A stretch of 47,127 nucleotides of DNA, counting the filler, from Jimgerdemannia flammicorona (Eukaryota): NCBI GenBank assembly GCA_003990765.1. It is 2 parts of 2 records of this genome, joined end to end, with 100 filler letters (N's around TTAATTAATTAA, not from the genome) between each part and the next. Parts side by side here need not be neighbours in the genome. Positions count along the whole stretch, not along the records: positions 1 to 23,525 come from RBNJ01001098.1; 1 more part is not named here. One strand, written 5' to 3'. Positions 1-10,869 of the stretch are shown here, piece by piece. Made by a program: the position numbers and the translations under genes. Position 1 is the stretch's first letter. Each line of letters starts with the position of its first letter. The notes beneath the pieces were generated by a model. It ran no database searches, was not told where the DNA came from, and saw only the letters and a list, made by a program, of their open reading frames with translations.

Positions 1-60
1 AAAAAAAAAAAAAAAAAAAAAAAAAAACTAATTATATAAATATATTTATATAATTATATA

Positions 61-1593
61 TTTAGAACAGTCTATGAGATCTTCTAAGAACTAACATCTA
101 TGCAACTATAATATCTGACCTACTTTACCAAATTAAGCAGAGTGTTTAGAAGTATTTAATTGAATAGTTTCAAATACCTCTATAGTATTATTATTTAGTA
201 AGAGATACAAATTAGTATCTTGATGAATTGGATATACAGATTGCTCTGGTTCCTCACTTTTCAGGCATAAAGAACTTTTCTAATAAAATTCAAAATTTAC
301 ATCAAATAACTGCTAGAGAATATATAGATATTATGAAGGTATATATTTTATAATATAGAATTATTAATATATAATTATCTATTCTATTTTAATAGATATT
401 TCTTCTCTGTACTCATAGTATTTTCACAGATGAGGAGACCTTGAGGACAATGACAGCTATTCAAATCTTTATTAATTGGTATATGATTATATCATTACTA
501 GTATAAAGTGAGTATACTCTAAAGTATATAGAGGAACTTCTGAAAGAGTTTGATGAGCTGAAAGAGGAATTTCACAAGGCTGGATGCTCTGTAGATATTC
601 CTAAATATTATTTATAATAACACTATAATCAACATATCAGAGACTTTGGAATACTAGATAATTTTGATACTGAATTTAATAAATATCAACATATACAATA
701 TAGTTATAATTCTTATCAAATATCTAATAAATATAATGAAATACTGCAGATGGTGCATTTTGTTCATTGATGTACTATTATAGAGTTGAAATATCAATAT
801 TTAGAAAGTTTGAGTAGAGTTTCTTCTAGCTTAGAATCACTACAATCTCTTCAAACATGCTCACTAAGATCTTAAGTCTAGAATGGAATCAAGTCTATCA
901 TAGCTGTGAGTCAGGATAATAATCTAAAAGGATTAGAACTTAATATTAGAATATTTCTCTATAATCTACAGTTTACATTAAGTGAAGGTTAAAGATATAT
1001 TATCAAGAAATGAAATCTTCCAGAGCTAACTAATCTGGAGATAATTATATTTTAATTCTTAATACTATCTTTACATATTATCCAACTTTCAATTAATATA
1101 TATAGTATATTATTTATATAAATTATATTGTTTCAAAGCTTGAATTTGAGAGTTTAAGATATCTGAAATAATGGCTGTCTTACTTGGTATAATTCATCAT
1201 TTCACAAGCATTGCTATTATAACTAGATTGCTCTTTATAATACTCAGATCAAGGAAAGAAAAGGAGACATTTCTGATATTAGTATTGGGCAACTTTAGCT
1301 ACTATTTGAATTAAAACATAAAGATGTTACATTTTCTCTTACATATATACAATATTTTATAAGACAGGCATCCCATGATAAAGAGACTAGAATATCAGTA
1401 TAGAGGTGTACAAATATATTTGAGGTTGTTTCTATTACTGAAATCATATATTACATTCACTTTATTCCTTTTTTTAAAACTAAGAGCAGTGCAAATGATA
1501 CTCTCAAAGTTAATGGAGATGCTTACAATTTTTATTTTTTTCTTCTTTATCATCATAGTAATAGATTTACATTTTTCAATTTTAACAAAATGA
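61..1593 (+). pseudogene. Plavaka-type DNA transposase relic (C-terminal two-thirds), intron-containing
   Basis: Manual translation gives degenerate Plavaka motifs in order: RTNIYATIISDLLYQIK (cf. IxxxIxPDxLHQ), ELDIQIALVPHFSGIKNFS...TAREYIDIMK, a GT..AG intron at 339-395, DIPKYYL..HYNQHIRDFGILDNFDTE...SNK...QM (cf. PKxHxxxHYxxxIxxFGxxDNFxTE), and IGQL.LLFEL...LTYIQYF...IHFIPFF. Many stops arise from C>T/G>A. Confidence 0.8.
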
Positions 1594-2205
1594 AAATCTG
1601 TAATGATATAGGTATTATATTAAATAAAAGCACTGAGAATTTCATCCTTTCAGGCAATGTGATCATCATAGTAGATAAAGATAGTAGAGATAGACAGATT
1701 CATAGAGAGGGTGTTGAGTGCTATACAAAGTCTGATAAGAACATTTAGCTTTAATATTTGGATGTCATCAAATATAAACAGAACCTTGAGGGCAGAGATA
1801 GCTGGAGTAGATTTGGCATTATGATGATATAGAGAGAGTAGTTGGTGTTCTGTAAGTATGAAGTTCAGCAGTATCTGTGAGATTACATATCATTTATATC
1901 TACTCTCATAATCATTCACTTGGCTCACTCAGCTATAAATATTTTCATCTTCTTTTCTGTCCACTCTTTACTCAATATCTTTTCCATAATATACTTAATT
2001 ATCAGTAAGACTAATATCAAAACCTGGTGATCAATGACCTCTAATACTGTATATAGATATTGAGCAATTTTGCCAGTATCACTCTATACCCATATACTAC
2101 CACTATGATCTCCAGGCACACAGCAAGGTATACAACAAACCAGATACATTATACTAGAGTAGATATATATCTAGATATATATTTAGATATCTGGATACAG
2201 TATAC

Positions 2206-2653
2206 TATAATATAGCAGATACTTAATCTTAGAAGTATGTCAGATTTCTGTATCTTGAAAACTTAATCTTCTTTGACTCTGCAGAGTCCTTGAGATATAG
2301 GGGTGGGTGAGTTCAAAATGTATCTACCTGTAGACTTACTAGTTTCTTTACTTTCTCTTTGCTTTGAACTATTTCAATCTGAGGTTTATTCACTCTAAGA
2401 TACTGGGTTATTTATACAAGTTTACTAGCTATAAGGTGGGTGACTAAGTTATAAGTTATTTCAAAAGTATTGAAATATTTTGATATTGTTGAAATACTAT
2501 ACTATATTGAGTCTTCAATTTCAAATCTTTCAAAATATTTAGGAATTATCAAAATTGGAGACTGCTAACTATAAGGCTATGCTAATTTGGGACTAGTAGT
2601 GATCAAGTATCTATTCTCTATTTCTTTCTTTCAAATTTGATTCTACTATTACA
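2206..2653 (-). repeat. 3' LTR of the Gypsy element
   Basis: Direct repeat of 8432-8879; TG..CA ends partly mutated (tataat...attaca). Confidence 0.95.
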
Positions 2654-2690
2654 ACTTCTTTCTGAATAGATGGTCTCATCTCTGAAACAT

Positions 2691-3134
2691 CTATTCAAAT
2701 TTCCAGGCCTCAACAGTCTATATAGTTTTGTACTATATAATCTATTGTATTATTGTCTTCCAATGATATCATCTTACTAGCTCAAAATTAGTAAGAGTTA
2801 TTCCTTGCAGGTGGACTAGTACTGGTTCATCATCTCAAAATAACTTATGAATTCTTTTGGCAATAGTAATTTGTGAATAAAAGAGCTGACACTCTGTAAT
2901 CTAATCATTCTTAGTCATTTCTGGGCTCTTGTTGAGTATCTGTCTAAGTTTGAAGTACTCTTGGAACTCTGTCTAATAGTAGTAGGCCTTGAAGTGTGAA
3001 ATTCAAGAGAGATGGGTCTGTATGATACTTTGGATACTATTATAAAATTCTTCTATAGTCAGGGGTTCTGTGGTATTCCATTGTCTCTCAATGGCTCTTT
3101 GAGTAGTACCAGTGATCTTGACTGCTGTTGCTAT
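2691..3134 (-). pseudogene. Post-integrase accessory ORF ('ORF3', ~147 aa) of unknown function
   Basis: 444 nt in one frame from ATA (likely ATG) to TAG with no frameshift; internal stops are all derivable from CGA/TGG/CAG. The amino-acid sequence is conserved with the copy at 40589-40824. Confidence 0.75.
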
Positions 3135-3139
3135 GCTTT

Positions 3140-5600
3140 AGTTATTAGCAATGGTACTTCTTGAGTCAGTTTTGGTAGATGGAAGTGGGGATGATTGTGT
3201 CTGAGAGTTTTCATAGCCAAAAGGTAGTTCCTTTTATATCTTGTACAAGGTAAGGTCCTTCCTACTTAGACTTCAGTTTTTATGATCATGAAGCTTCTAC
3301 TATATTCTGGTACACTAGGATCTTGTTTCCTATCTTGATAATCTCCAAGGACTTGTAAACCTTTTCTACATTATTCTACTATAGTGTCTATATCTTGGTT
3401 ATATAATTCTCAGCCTTCTTCTTGATTTGGTATAGTCTCCATATTTCTTCATTTATACATTTCTATATAGCATCTCTATTAGATAATAGGATTTCTTGAG
3501 AACTTTCTTCTCTGAACAATATTTCCTGAGGAGTGAAATGGGTGCTTTGTGATCAAATATCCCAGAGAGCAAATAATGCTATTGGTAGATAGTGATCCCA
3601 GTTTTCATAGTTATTACAGATCTTGGTAATAATATTCTTAAGGGTCTTATTGGTCCTTTCAGCCTATCTATTTTCTTAAGGATGGTATGCTGTAGTCTAA
3701 ATATACTAGATCTTATACTTCTTATAGAGAACCTCAAAGAACTGGTTCATAAATTCTATTCCTCTGTCTGTGGTTACTTATATTGGGGTCTTGAACTAGC
3801 AGATGATTTATTTGCAAAAGAAATTAGCAATTGACTGTGCATTGACTTCCTTGAGGGGTCCTGCCTCTATCCATTTTATGAAAAGGTCTATGATGACAAT
3901 GATATATCAGTTGTCAGTTAAAGTCAAGGGTAGAGGGCCAATTACATCTATTGCAATGTGGGTGAATGGTGCTGGTTCTATATATGCTGATTCTGGGGCT
4001 TGATTTTATTGATCTTATTTCTGTTTCTGACATTTGTTATAGATCTTGACAAATCATCTGATATCTTCCTCCATTTCTGGCCACCATATTGTTCTTCTTG
4101 CTTTATTATATGTATTTGTTCCTTCTAGATGGCCAAGTTCATGTACTGATTTCATTGCTTGCTCCTTCTTGTGTTCTGATATGACTAGTAGCTTTTCTTT
4201 CTTTAATATTTCTCCATCAGTTTCAAATTATTTCCATGTTCTGTTGATAATTATTTGTGTCCATTCTTTCAGATGTTGGGGTATCTATTGCTGTCCCAGA
4301 TAAGTGATAATTCTGTAGTAGAGCTTCTTATTCATGATTGATTTACTGGTTAGGAGTTCTTTAGGATATCTATAAGAGGGCATCTGTATTGGCATTGGTT
4401 CTTTCTGAGTAGTGCACAATGGTTACATCATATGCTTACAACTTTATGATCTATCTGGCATAGATTCTTTGAATTGCTCTATGGTTAGTAGCTAAGTGAG
4501 GGCTAAGTGGTCTGTCTGAATGGTGAAGTATCTTCTACAAGATAGTAGTAGAACTTCTCTATAGCCCAAATAACTGCAAGACATTCCAACTTGTAGGATT
4601 CATATTCTTTTTCAGCTCCTCAGATTCCTCAGCTAAGGTATATAATAATATACTCCACTTTGTCTTTCTTTTAAGCTAGAACTGCTCCTAGTCTCTGTGC
4701 ACTTGTATCTGTCTATAGGATAAACTCTTGAGTCCAGTCTGGTCTTCTGAGAACAGATACTTGAATTAATCTTATCTTGAGTTCATTGAATGCTTTTTGT
4801 TATCTACTAGTTTATTGAAACTTGATGTCCTTCTTATTGAGTTTATAGATTGGACCTGCAATATTGGAGAATTCTCTAATAAATCTTCAGTAATATGAGG
4901 TGAGTCCCATGAAGGCTTGGGTTTCAGTAACAGTAATAGACTTCAGGTATTCTGCTACTACTTGTATCTTGAGAGAGTCAGTATGTGTTCCATCTTAGTT
5001 AATGATGTGACCAAGATAGGAGATCTCAATTTCAACAAATTTGCATTTCTTGGGCTTGATGTATAGACCATACTTTCTTAGCTTTTCCATTATCTGCTAG
5101 ATATATTGCAGATATTCCTCTGGTGTCTGACTGTAGATAATTACATCATCCACATAGACCATCATCCATCTTCCCATATCATAGCAGAAGATTTTATTCA
5201 TCATTCACTAGAACTTACTAGTATATTGCATATTCCAAATAATATTCACAGATAGACATAGGTTTCATCTGGAGTGATGAAGGCTGATTTCTCACTTGCT
5301 GTTTCTGTGAGTCTGATTTGGTAGAATCCTGAGTACAGATCTAAGGTGCTGTAGTACTATGCTTCATCTTCTAGAGTTATAAGAATGTTACTGATGAGGG
5401 GTAGTGGTTGGCAATCCTTCTTGGTGACTACATTGAGCTTTCTGTAGTTAATGCAGAGTCTTGGAGTAAATTCTCCAGACTTGCTTCCTTTCTTTGAGGT
5501 TAGTATAACTGATGAAGACCTGGGGCTGCTGGCCTTCTTAATGATACTAGCTTCTTCTATCTGCTTGATTTCTTCTCTGAGCCACTCTCAGTAGACTGGT
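3140..5600 (-). pseudogene. Gypsy pol: RT, RNase H, integrase
   Basis: VYVDDVI at ~5143-5159, RLCINYRKLN, RNase H region ~4400-4760, and integrase C-terminus KLKSK.EGPYLV...N.LKKYH. Confidence 0.9.
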
Positions 5601-5849
5601 GGGACAGGTCTTGTATTCTGATAAATTGGTTCAGTATCTCTAGTATCTATATCATAATAGTAGTGTGGAGTCTTTTCTTTGATATTCTTAAAGTCTGTAG
5701 TGAAGATATTCTCAAATTCATAAAGTATTTTCTTGAGCTCTGTCTTGAGTGGGAATTCATTTCCAATAGTGTAGCTATGCTTATTTATAGTTTTCTCCTT
5801 TTTGTACTCCAGCTCAGTGATCTTGATACTGGTGAATACTTCTCTTCCT

Positions 5850-6260
5850 ATGAATCTAAATTCTTTCTTTCCTCTCTCTGTTTCCTCTAGCTTCTTGACT
5901 TCTATGATCTTTGGTTGTAGGATCAGAAAGATCAGCATCTGTGCCAACCAGTCCTTCTTCTTGACTGGAAATGGTATTGTAAGATTATGGTTCCTAGCAA
6001 TGAGTAGGATTTCTTCAGTATAATCTGAATCAATGACTCCTCCTTCAATCACAATTTTGCTCTTGGCCAGATTGCTTCTTGTCTTGAGGATCCTGACATA
6101 ATCCTTTGGGATTGTCATCTCTAGGCCAGTTGTGAGTAGAGTAGTTGTCTGAGATTTGAGTACAGTTTCCTCCACTATAGTAATATCCATTCCAGCTATT
6201 TTTCTGACTTGTATTCTGGTAAGACTGTATCAGAATAAATCTTCCAAATCTTGATCTTGA
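5850..6260 (-). pseudogene. dUTPase domain within Gypsy pol (between protease and RT)
   Basis: IKIWKIYSDTVLPEYKSEK/AGMDI (motif 1, frameshifted), TGL..IP, RSNLA (motif 2), GGVIDSDYTEEI (motif 3), KDWLAQML (motif 4), TERGKKEF (degenerate motif 5, RGxxGFGSTG). Confidence 0.9.
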
Positions 6261-6639
6261 TTTCCTCTTCATCATCACTGTCTTTGAGGAGAGCTGGTGG
6301 TTTGTCACCCTCTTCTTCTTTCATTTTTTTTTTTTCTCTTACCTGTTTCTCAAGGGCCTTCTCTCTTCTTTGGTGGTAAATCTCCTTTATTTTGCCAGTA
6401 CACTGGTAACACTCATTGACATACTCCATATAGTACATTTAGATCCCATGGGGGCAGACTTCTTGTGGTATATATTCTTCTATAATCTTCTTACACCAGT
6501 CTTCTTTACTCATCTATCTAATTTCCTTCTTCTTTTTCTGAGTTATCACCATATAGGCTTTCTCTTGTTTGTTCTCTTCTTTCTCTATCTCAGATAGAAC
6601 TCCTTTGTTGATATTGATGGGAATTCATATCTTCTATCT

Positions 6640-8380
6640 ATGGTAGATGATTTATATCTTTTAAGTATTTAGATCAATTACTGTCTTGACTTTGTAAAGT
6701 TATTAATTGCTAATAAAGATGTTATAGTTGGTTGCATTGGTCATGATTACATCTACTGAAATGATTGCTCTTCCAAACTTGATGGGAATATCTCAGATCT
6801 TTCCCAGAGATGTAGCTCTTGTATTATCTGCTATGACAAACACCAATTTGGTTGCTTCTTCAACTTCCCAACCTAGGTGGTCTGCTGCTTTCTTACTGAT
6901 AAGACATTCTTCTGCTTCTATATCAATGATAGCCTCAAAGACTCTATCCTCAATTTGACAGGTTGCATAGATAGAGATTTTATGGTTGTCTTTACTTTCT
7001 TCTCCTAGGTCCTCTTGAAAATTATTGGTCTCAGTTATCTTCCATTCTTGCTCATTGGTTGTTTCAGCAAGTCTGTATCTGAATATAGGTATTTCTACTA
7101 GCTGACCAAAGATTGCATTGAGTTTTTGTTAACTGAGGTCCTTGAAGATATTATACTTAAAAGTCTTGGTTTTGTGAAGCTTCTTCTTCTTTTCTCCTTT
7201 ACTGGCTAGAGTGATTCCTTAGATGATATCTTGAACAGCCTGTTCTAGCTCTATATCTTGATCTGTTTCTTCACCTTAACTTTCTGTAGCAGTCTCTATC
7301 TGCTTTTCTACAGAGTTCTTCTTAGATCTCCCTGGTGGTCTCTTGTAGAGTTATTTATAGACATCTTTTCTGATAGTCTTAGTAGAGTAGGCTTTTTATT
7401 TCTCTTCATCTGATTTCCCAATCTCCTCAAAGATAATGATGTTAGCCTGTTTCTTATTTTAAGTAGTATTGCTTGGCTGTACCTTGTGCTTAGTTTTACT
7501 CATACATTTATATAAGTACTGGTCCTCTTCTCTACAAGTGTAGCAGGTACCTCTCTTCTTGTCTGAGGTGATAGTAAATTTCTGAACTAGGCAGCAGTCT
7601 CTTTCTTTGATTTTATTTACTATATCTCCTAGGTAGGCTGTCATTTCAGCAAACTTCTTGGCAAGTTTCTCCATGGGGTCACTATTTCTCTGTTGTTTAG
7701 TAGTTCTTAGTTGAGGTATATTTTGATTGATTACTATAGTAGGGATCATGCTAGTTACCTTGGGTGCTTCAATTCTGACTCTAGTGACTCTCTCTATTGT
7801 ATAGTCTTGTAGATGTCTGGCTATCTAGTATTGCTGAGTATAGATAACTTTCTGTATCAGATCCAGAACTATTGGTAATGAGTGAATGGCCTGGGCTATC
7901 TCTGGGTGGATTTCTTTCGAAAAGATTACTTATGGCTACTTGATCTCTAATGGCAGCAGCATAATTTGCAAGAATTATCTAATATTGGATTCTGGTGTAG
8001 AATGTGTTTGAATTCTTACTTATTTCTTAGCATATTGTTGAGCTAATTCTTTAATGCCTGCTTGATCTTGTCTATATAGTATGTGGCTTGGAGCCAGGTT
8101 TTCTGTGCTGCTAGTATAGTATCATTATCATTTCTTATATAGATTGCAGCTATAAATACTGCTCTTACTGATCCTCAGAGACTGAAGAGTATGAGGATTA
8201 CTTGCTGCCTTACTGAGGTCTCTTATAGTGATGTATTACTTGAAATTATCAATGAAGGTAATAATTGACTCCTCTAAAGTACATATAACCATAGAATATT
8301 GGTAGTCTTATATCCATCTTATCTAGATATTTTGGTTCAATTTATATGGTTGTTTGGGTGGTAGAAGTTGTTCATTATTT
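6640..8380 (-). pseudogene. Gypsy gag and aspartic protease
   Basis: Degenerate zinc knuckle CYTCREEDQYLYKC (intact as CYSCREEGHYSYEC at 42210-42251). Protease AIIDIEA at ~6920 (AIIDTGA in the copy at ~42835-42853). Confidence 0.85.
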
Positions 8381-8431
8381 AGTTTGAAAGTGAGGGATTC
8401 ATCTTAAATCATCAGCCAATAGGTACTAAGT

Positions 8432-8879
8432 TGTAACATAGTAGATACTTAACCTTGGAAGTATGTCAGATTTCTGTATCTTGAAAACTTGATCTTCTTT
8501 GACTCTATAGAGTCCTCGGAATATAGGGGTGGGTGAGTTTGAAGTATATCTACCTGTAGGCTTACTAGTTTCTTTGCTTTCTCTTTGCTTTGAACTATTT
8601 CAATCTGAGGTTTAGTCACTCTAAGATACTGGGTTATTTATATAAGTTTGCTAGCTATAAGGTGGGTGGCTAAGTTATGAGTTATTTTGAAAGTGTCAAA
8701 ATATTTTGACATTGTTGAAATACTATACTATATTGGGTCTTCAATTTTGAATCTTTTAAAATATTTAGAAATTGTCAAAATCAGAGACTGCTAACTATAA
8801 GACTATGCTAATTTGGGACTAGTGGTGATCAAGTATCTATTCTCTATTTTCTTTTTCCAAATTTGGTTCTACTATCATA
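8432..8879 (-). repeat. 5' LTR of the Gypsy element
   Basis: tgtaac...atcata. Followed on the minus strand by acttagtacctattggctg, which is also present after the LTR at 41315 (possible degenerate PBS, TGG>TAG). Confidence 0.95.
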
Positions 8880-9009
8880 ATACATAACATCTAAATTTTG
8901 AATATATATAAATATATCCAAAGATATCTGGCTATATCTGCAGCTAATACAGATATCAGATATATATAAATATATATACCCAGAGCAGATATACTTAGAG
9001 CAGATGTTA

Positions 9010-10030
9010 GGAAAATTTTCATAATATAGACTGAAGACTTAAATAATTGCTGATCTATAACTAAGAACTTTTTTTCAATTAAACAACAAAGAAGTTATTT
9101 TATAGCAAATATATAAGCAGAGTTCAGTAGTAATATCATCTATATAAGTAGAGTATCAAGTATTATTCATAGTAACAAAGAAAGTTATTTGACTATATTA
9201 GCTATTAAAGAAACTCATATTTGATCAGAAATAGCACTTTATACTCATTTATTAGAATAACTAATCTATAATTACTATGGTAAAAAACTCTATTCATTAT
9301 AGTAGAATTAAATATATTAATATATGATACTATTATATAAGAGAATATATAGAGAATAGAACTATATACTTAGAATATATTTCTATAGTGAATATTATTG
9401 TAGATTTACTTACCAAAGCTCTTCTAGAACCTAAATTCTAGTAATACACTAATGAAATAAGTCTTATAGTAAACTATATACCAGTATTAAACTATATGTC
9501 AGCAATGAGTAATAATAAAAAGGAAGTAGAAAAACAATATAATATATCTTTTTACATCTCTTTCTCTTTAAGTATTATATTATAGTTATTCACTGGTTCT
9601 TCTTCTTCTTCTATATTTGTAATTTTCTACCATTAGAACCTATTTACATTTTTCATTTTTACTATAGTTTCTAATATTTTAAGTATGAGTAAATAGTATT
9701 ATTTTAGTATATTCACAGTAATTTTATAGTTAATTCTTGATTACATTACCTTGTATTTCTACTTATATTATATTCTTTCTTATATATTATCTCATTGAGT
9801 GAGAGTATTGAAATTCTCATTATTATAACTCAATAATGTAACTTATATATAACTACATTATTTTTGATTATATCACTAATTCTAATATATAAATATGTAC
9901 TATCTGGAATAATAAATAATACTTTCTCTCTTCTCTCTACTCTATATTCTAACTAAGATATAATAAAAGAATTTTGTAATAAGAATACTACTTTATTCTT
10001 ATATTTAGAGAATGTAGAGCTAAGGTTACA
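9010..10030 (+). mobile_element. Ty1/Copia 3' relic: RNase H, PPT and start of 3' LTR
   Basis: EYISIVNIIVDLLTKALLEPKF..YTNEISL (cf. copia xxADxLTKAL). PPT-like gagtgagag (9797-9805) followed by tattgaa (TGTTGA-like) at 9806. Right boundary uncertain. Confidence 0.7.
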
Positions 10031-10299
10031 ATATATTCAGTATAGATATATTTGAGGTTATATCTAAATATAGTATGCTAGATATATCTATATATATTTA
10101 TACTATTTTAGATAACTATGACTACTAGTTGGAATTTTTATAGAAATTTCCATAGAAATTTCTATAAGAATTTCTGTCAGAATTTCCAGTGACTTATAGA
10201 TATATAATAATTTATTATATTCTTCCCTTCTTTACCTAAACCTACTCATTGAACTCAGTACTAAACTCTAGATACTTATCAAACTAAAGGGCAGTATAT

Positions 10300-10620
10300 T
10301 AGACTACTTGAAAAATAATATTACTTTATTATTCATAACTCAAATTAAAAATGTTCTTGGAGAATACTCTATAGAGATAGTTGAGGACTTAGGATTAGGT
10401 GCAGAAAAGAACATAGAGTCTTTTGATAATAACATAGATATGGTTATTAATAAAAAGACAGACTTGTTGTTTGACAGTACTGAGAGTAGCTTATTAATAG
10501 ATAAGAAATTCTATCTCCTAGTATTTCTTAATTCTTATTAGTAGCAAAAAGTCTAGAAATATTAAATCTTTCTAAGATATTGTCAGACTTTATTTGGATC
10601 TGAATCTCTAGAGATTTATA
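10300..10620 (-). pseudogene. Highly degenerate homolog of Gypsy ORF3
   Basis: V.QYLRKI.YF.TFCY..EL aligns with IQTHLSRISHFKAYYYWTEF. IIKRLYVLF-x6-LNYLYRV...NIIFQV aligns without gaps with IAKRIHKLF-x6-LVHLQGI / NIITQI. Confidence 0.55.
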
Positions 10621-10869
10621 TGTTGACAGAAAGTAATTTGATAGAATTCCATTGGTAGTCAATAACTATAAGAATAGTAATACCAATCTTATTCTTAGTT
10701 TATTCTCAGTATTATTACTAGATACTTATATTGAGAGTAGGTTATCTATATGAGATTGTTTCAAAATATTTATACTTCTCTTCATTGAGATATTATGAGA
10801 TATAACTGTCTTTTAGGAATTCTATCAGAATTTCCATTATACTAGAGATCTGTATTAAGTTACTGCTTC

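Larger units (their letters stand above)
2206..8879 (-). mobile_element. Structurally complete but inactivated Ty3/Gypsy LTR retrotransposon (gag-PR-dUTPase-RT-RH-IN-ORF3)
   Basis: Two colinear 448-bp LTRs (2206-2653 and 8432-8879) with a 4-bp TSD ATAC (2202-2205 and 8880-8883). Domain order PR-RT-RH-IN on the minus strand. Purine tract next to the 3' LTR. Confidence 0.95.
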
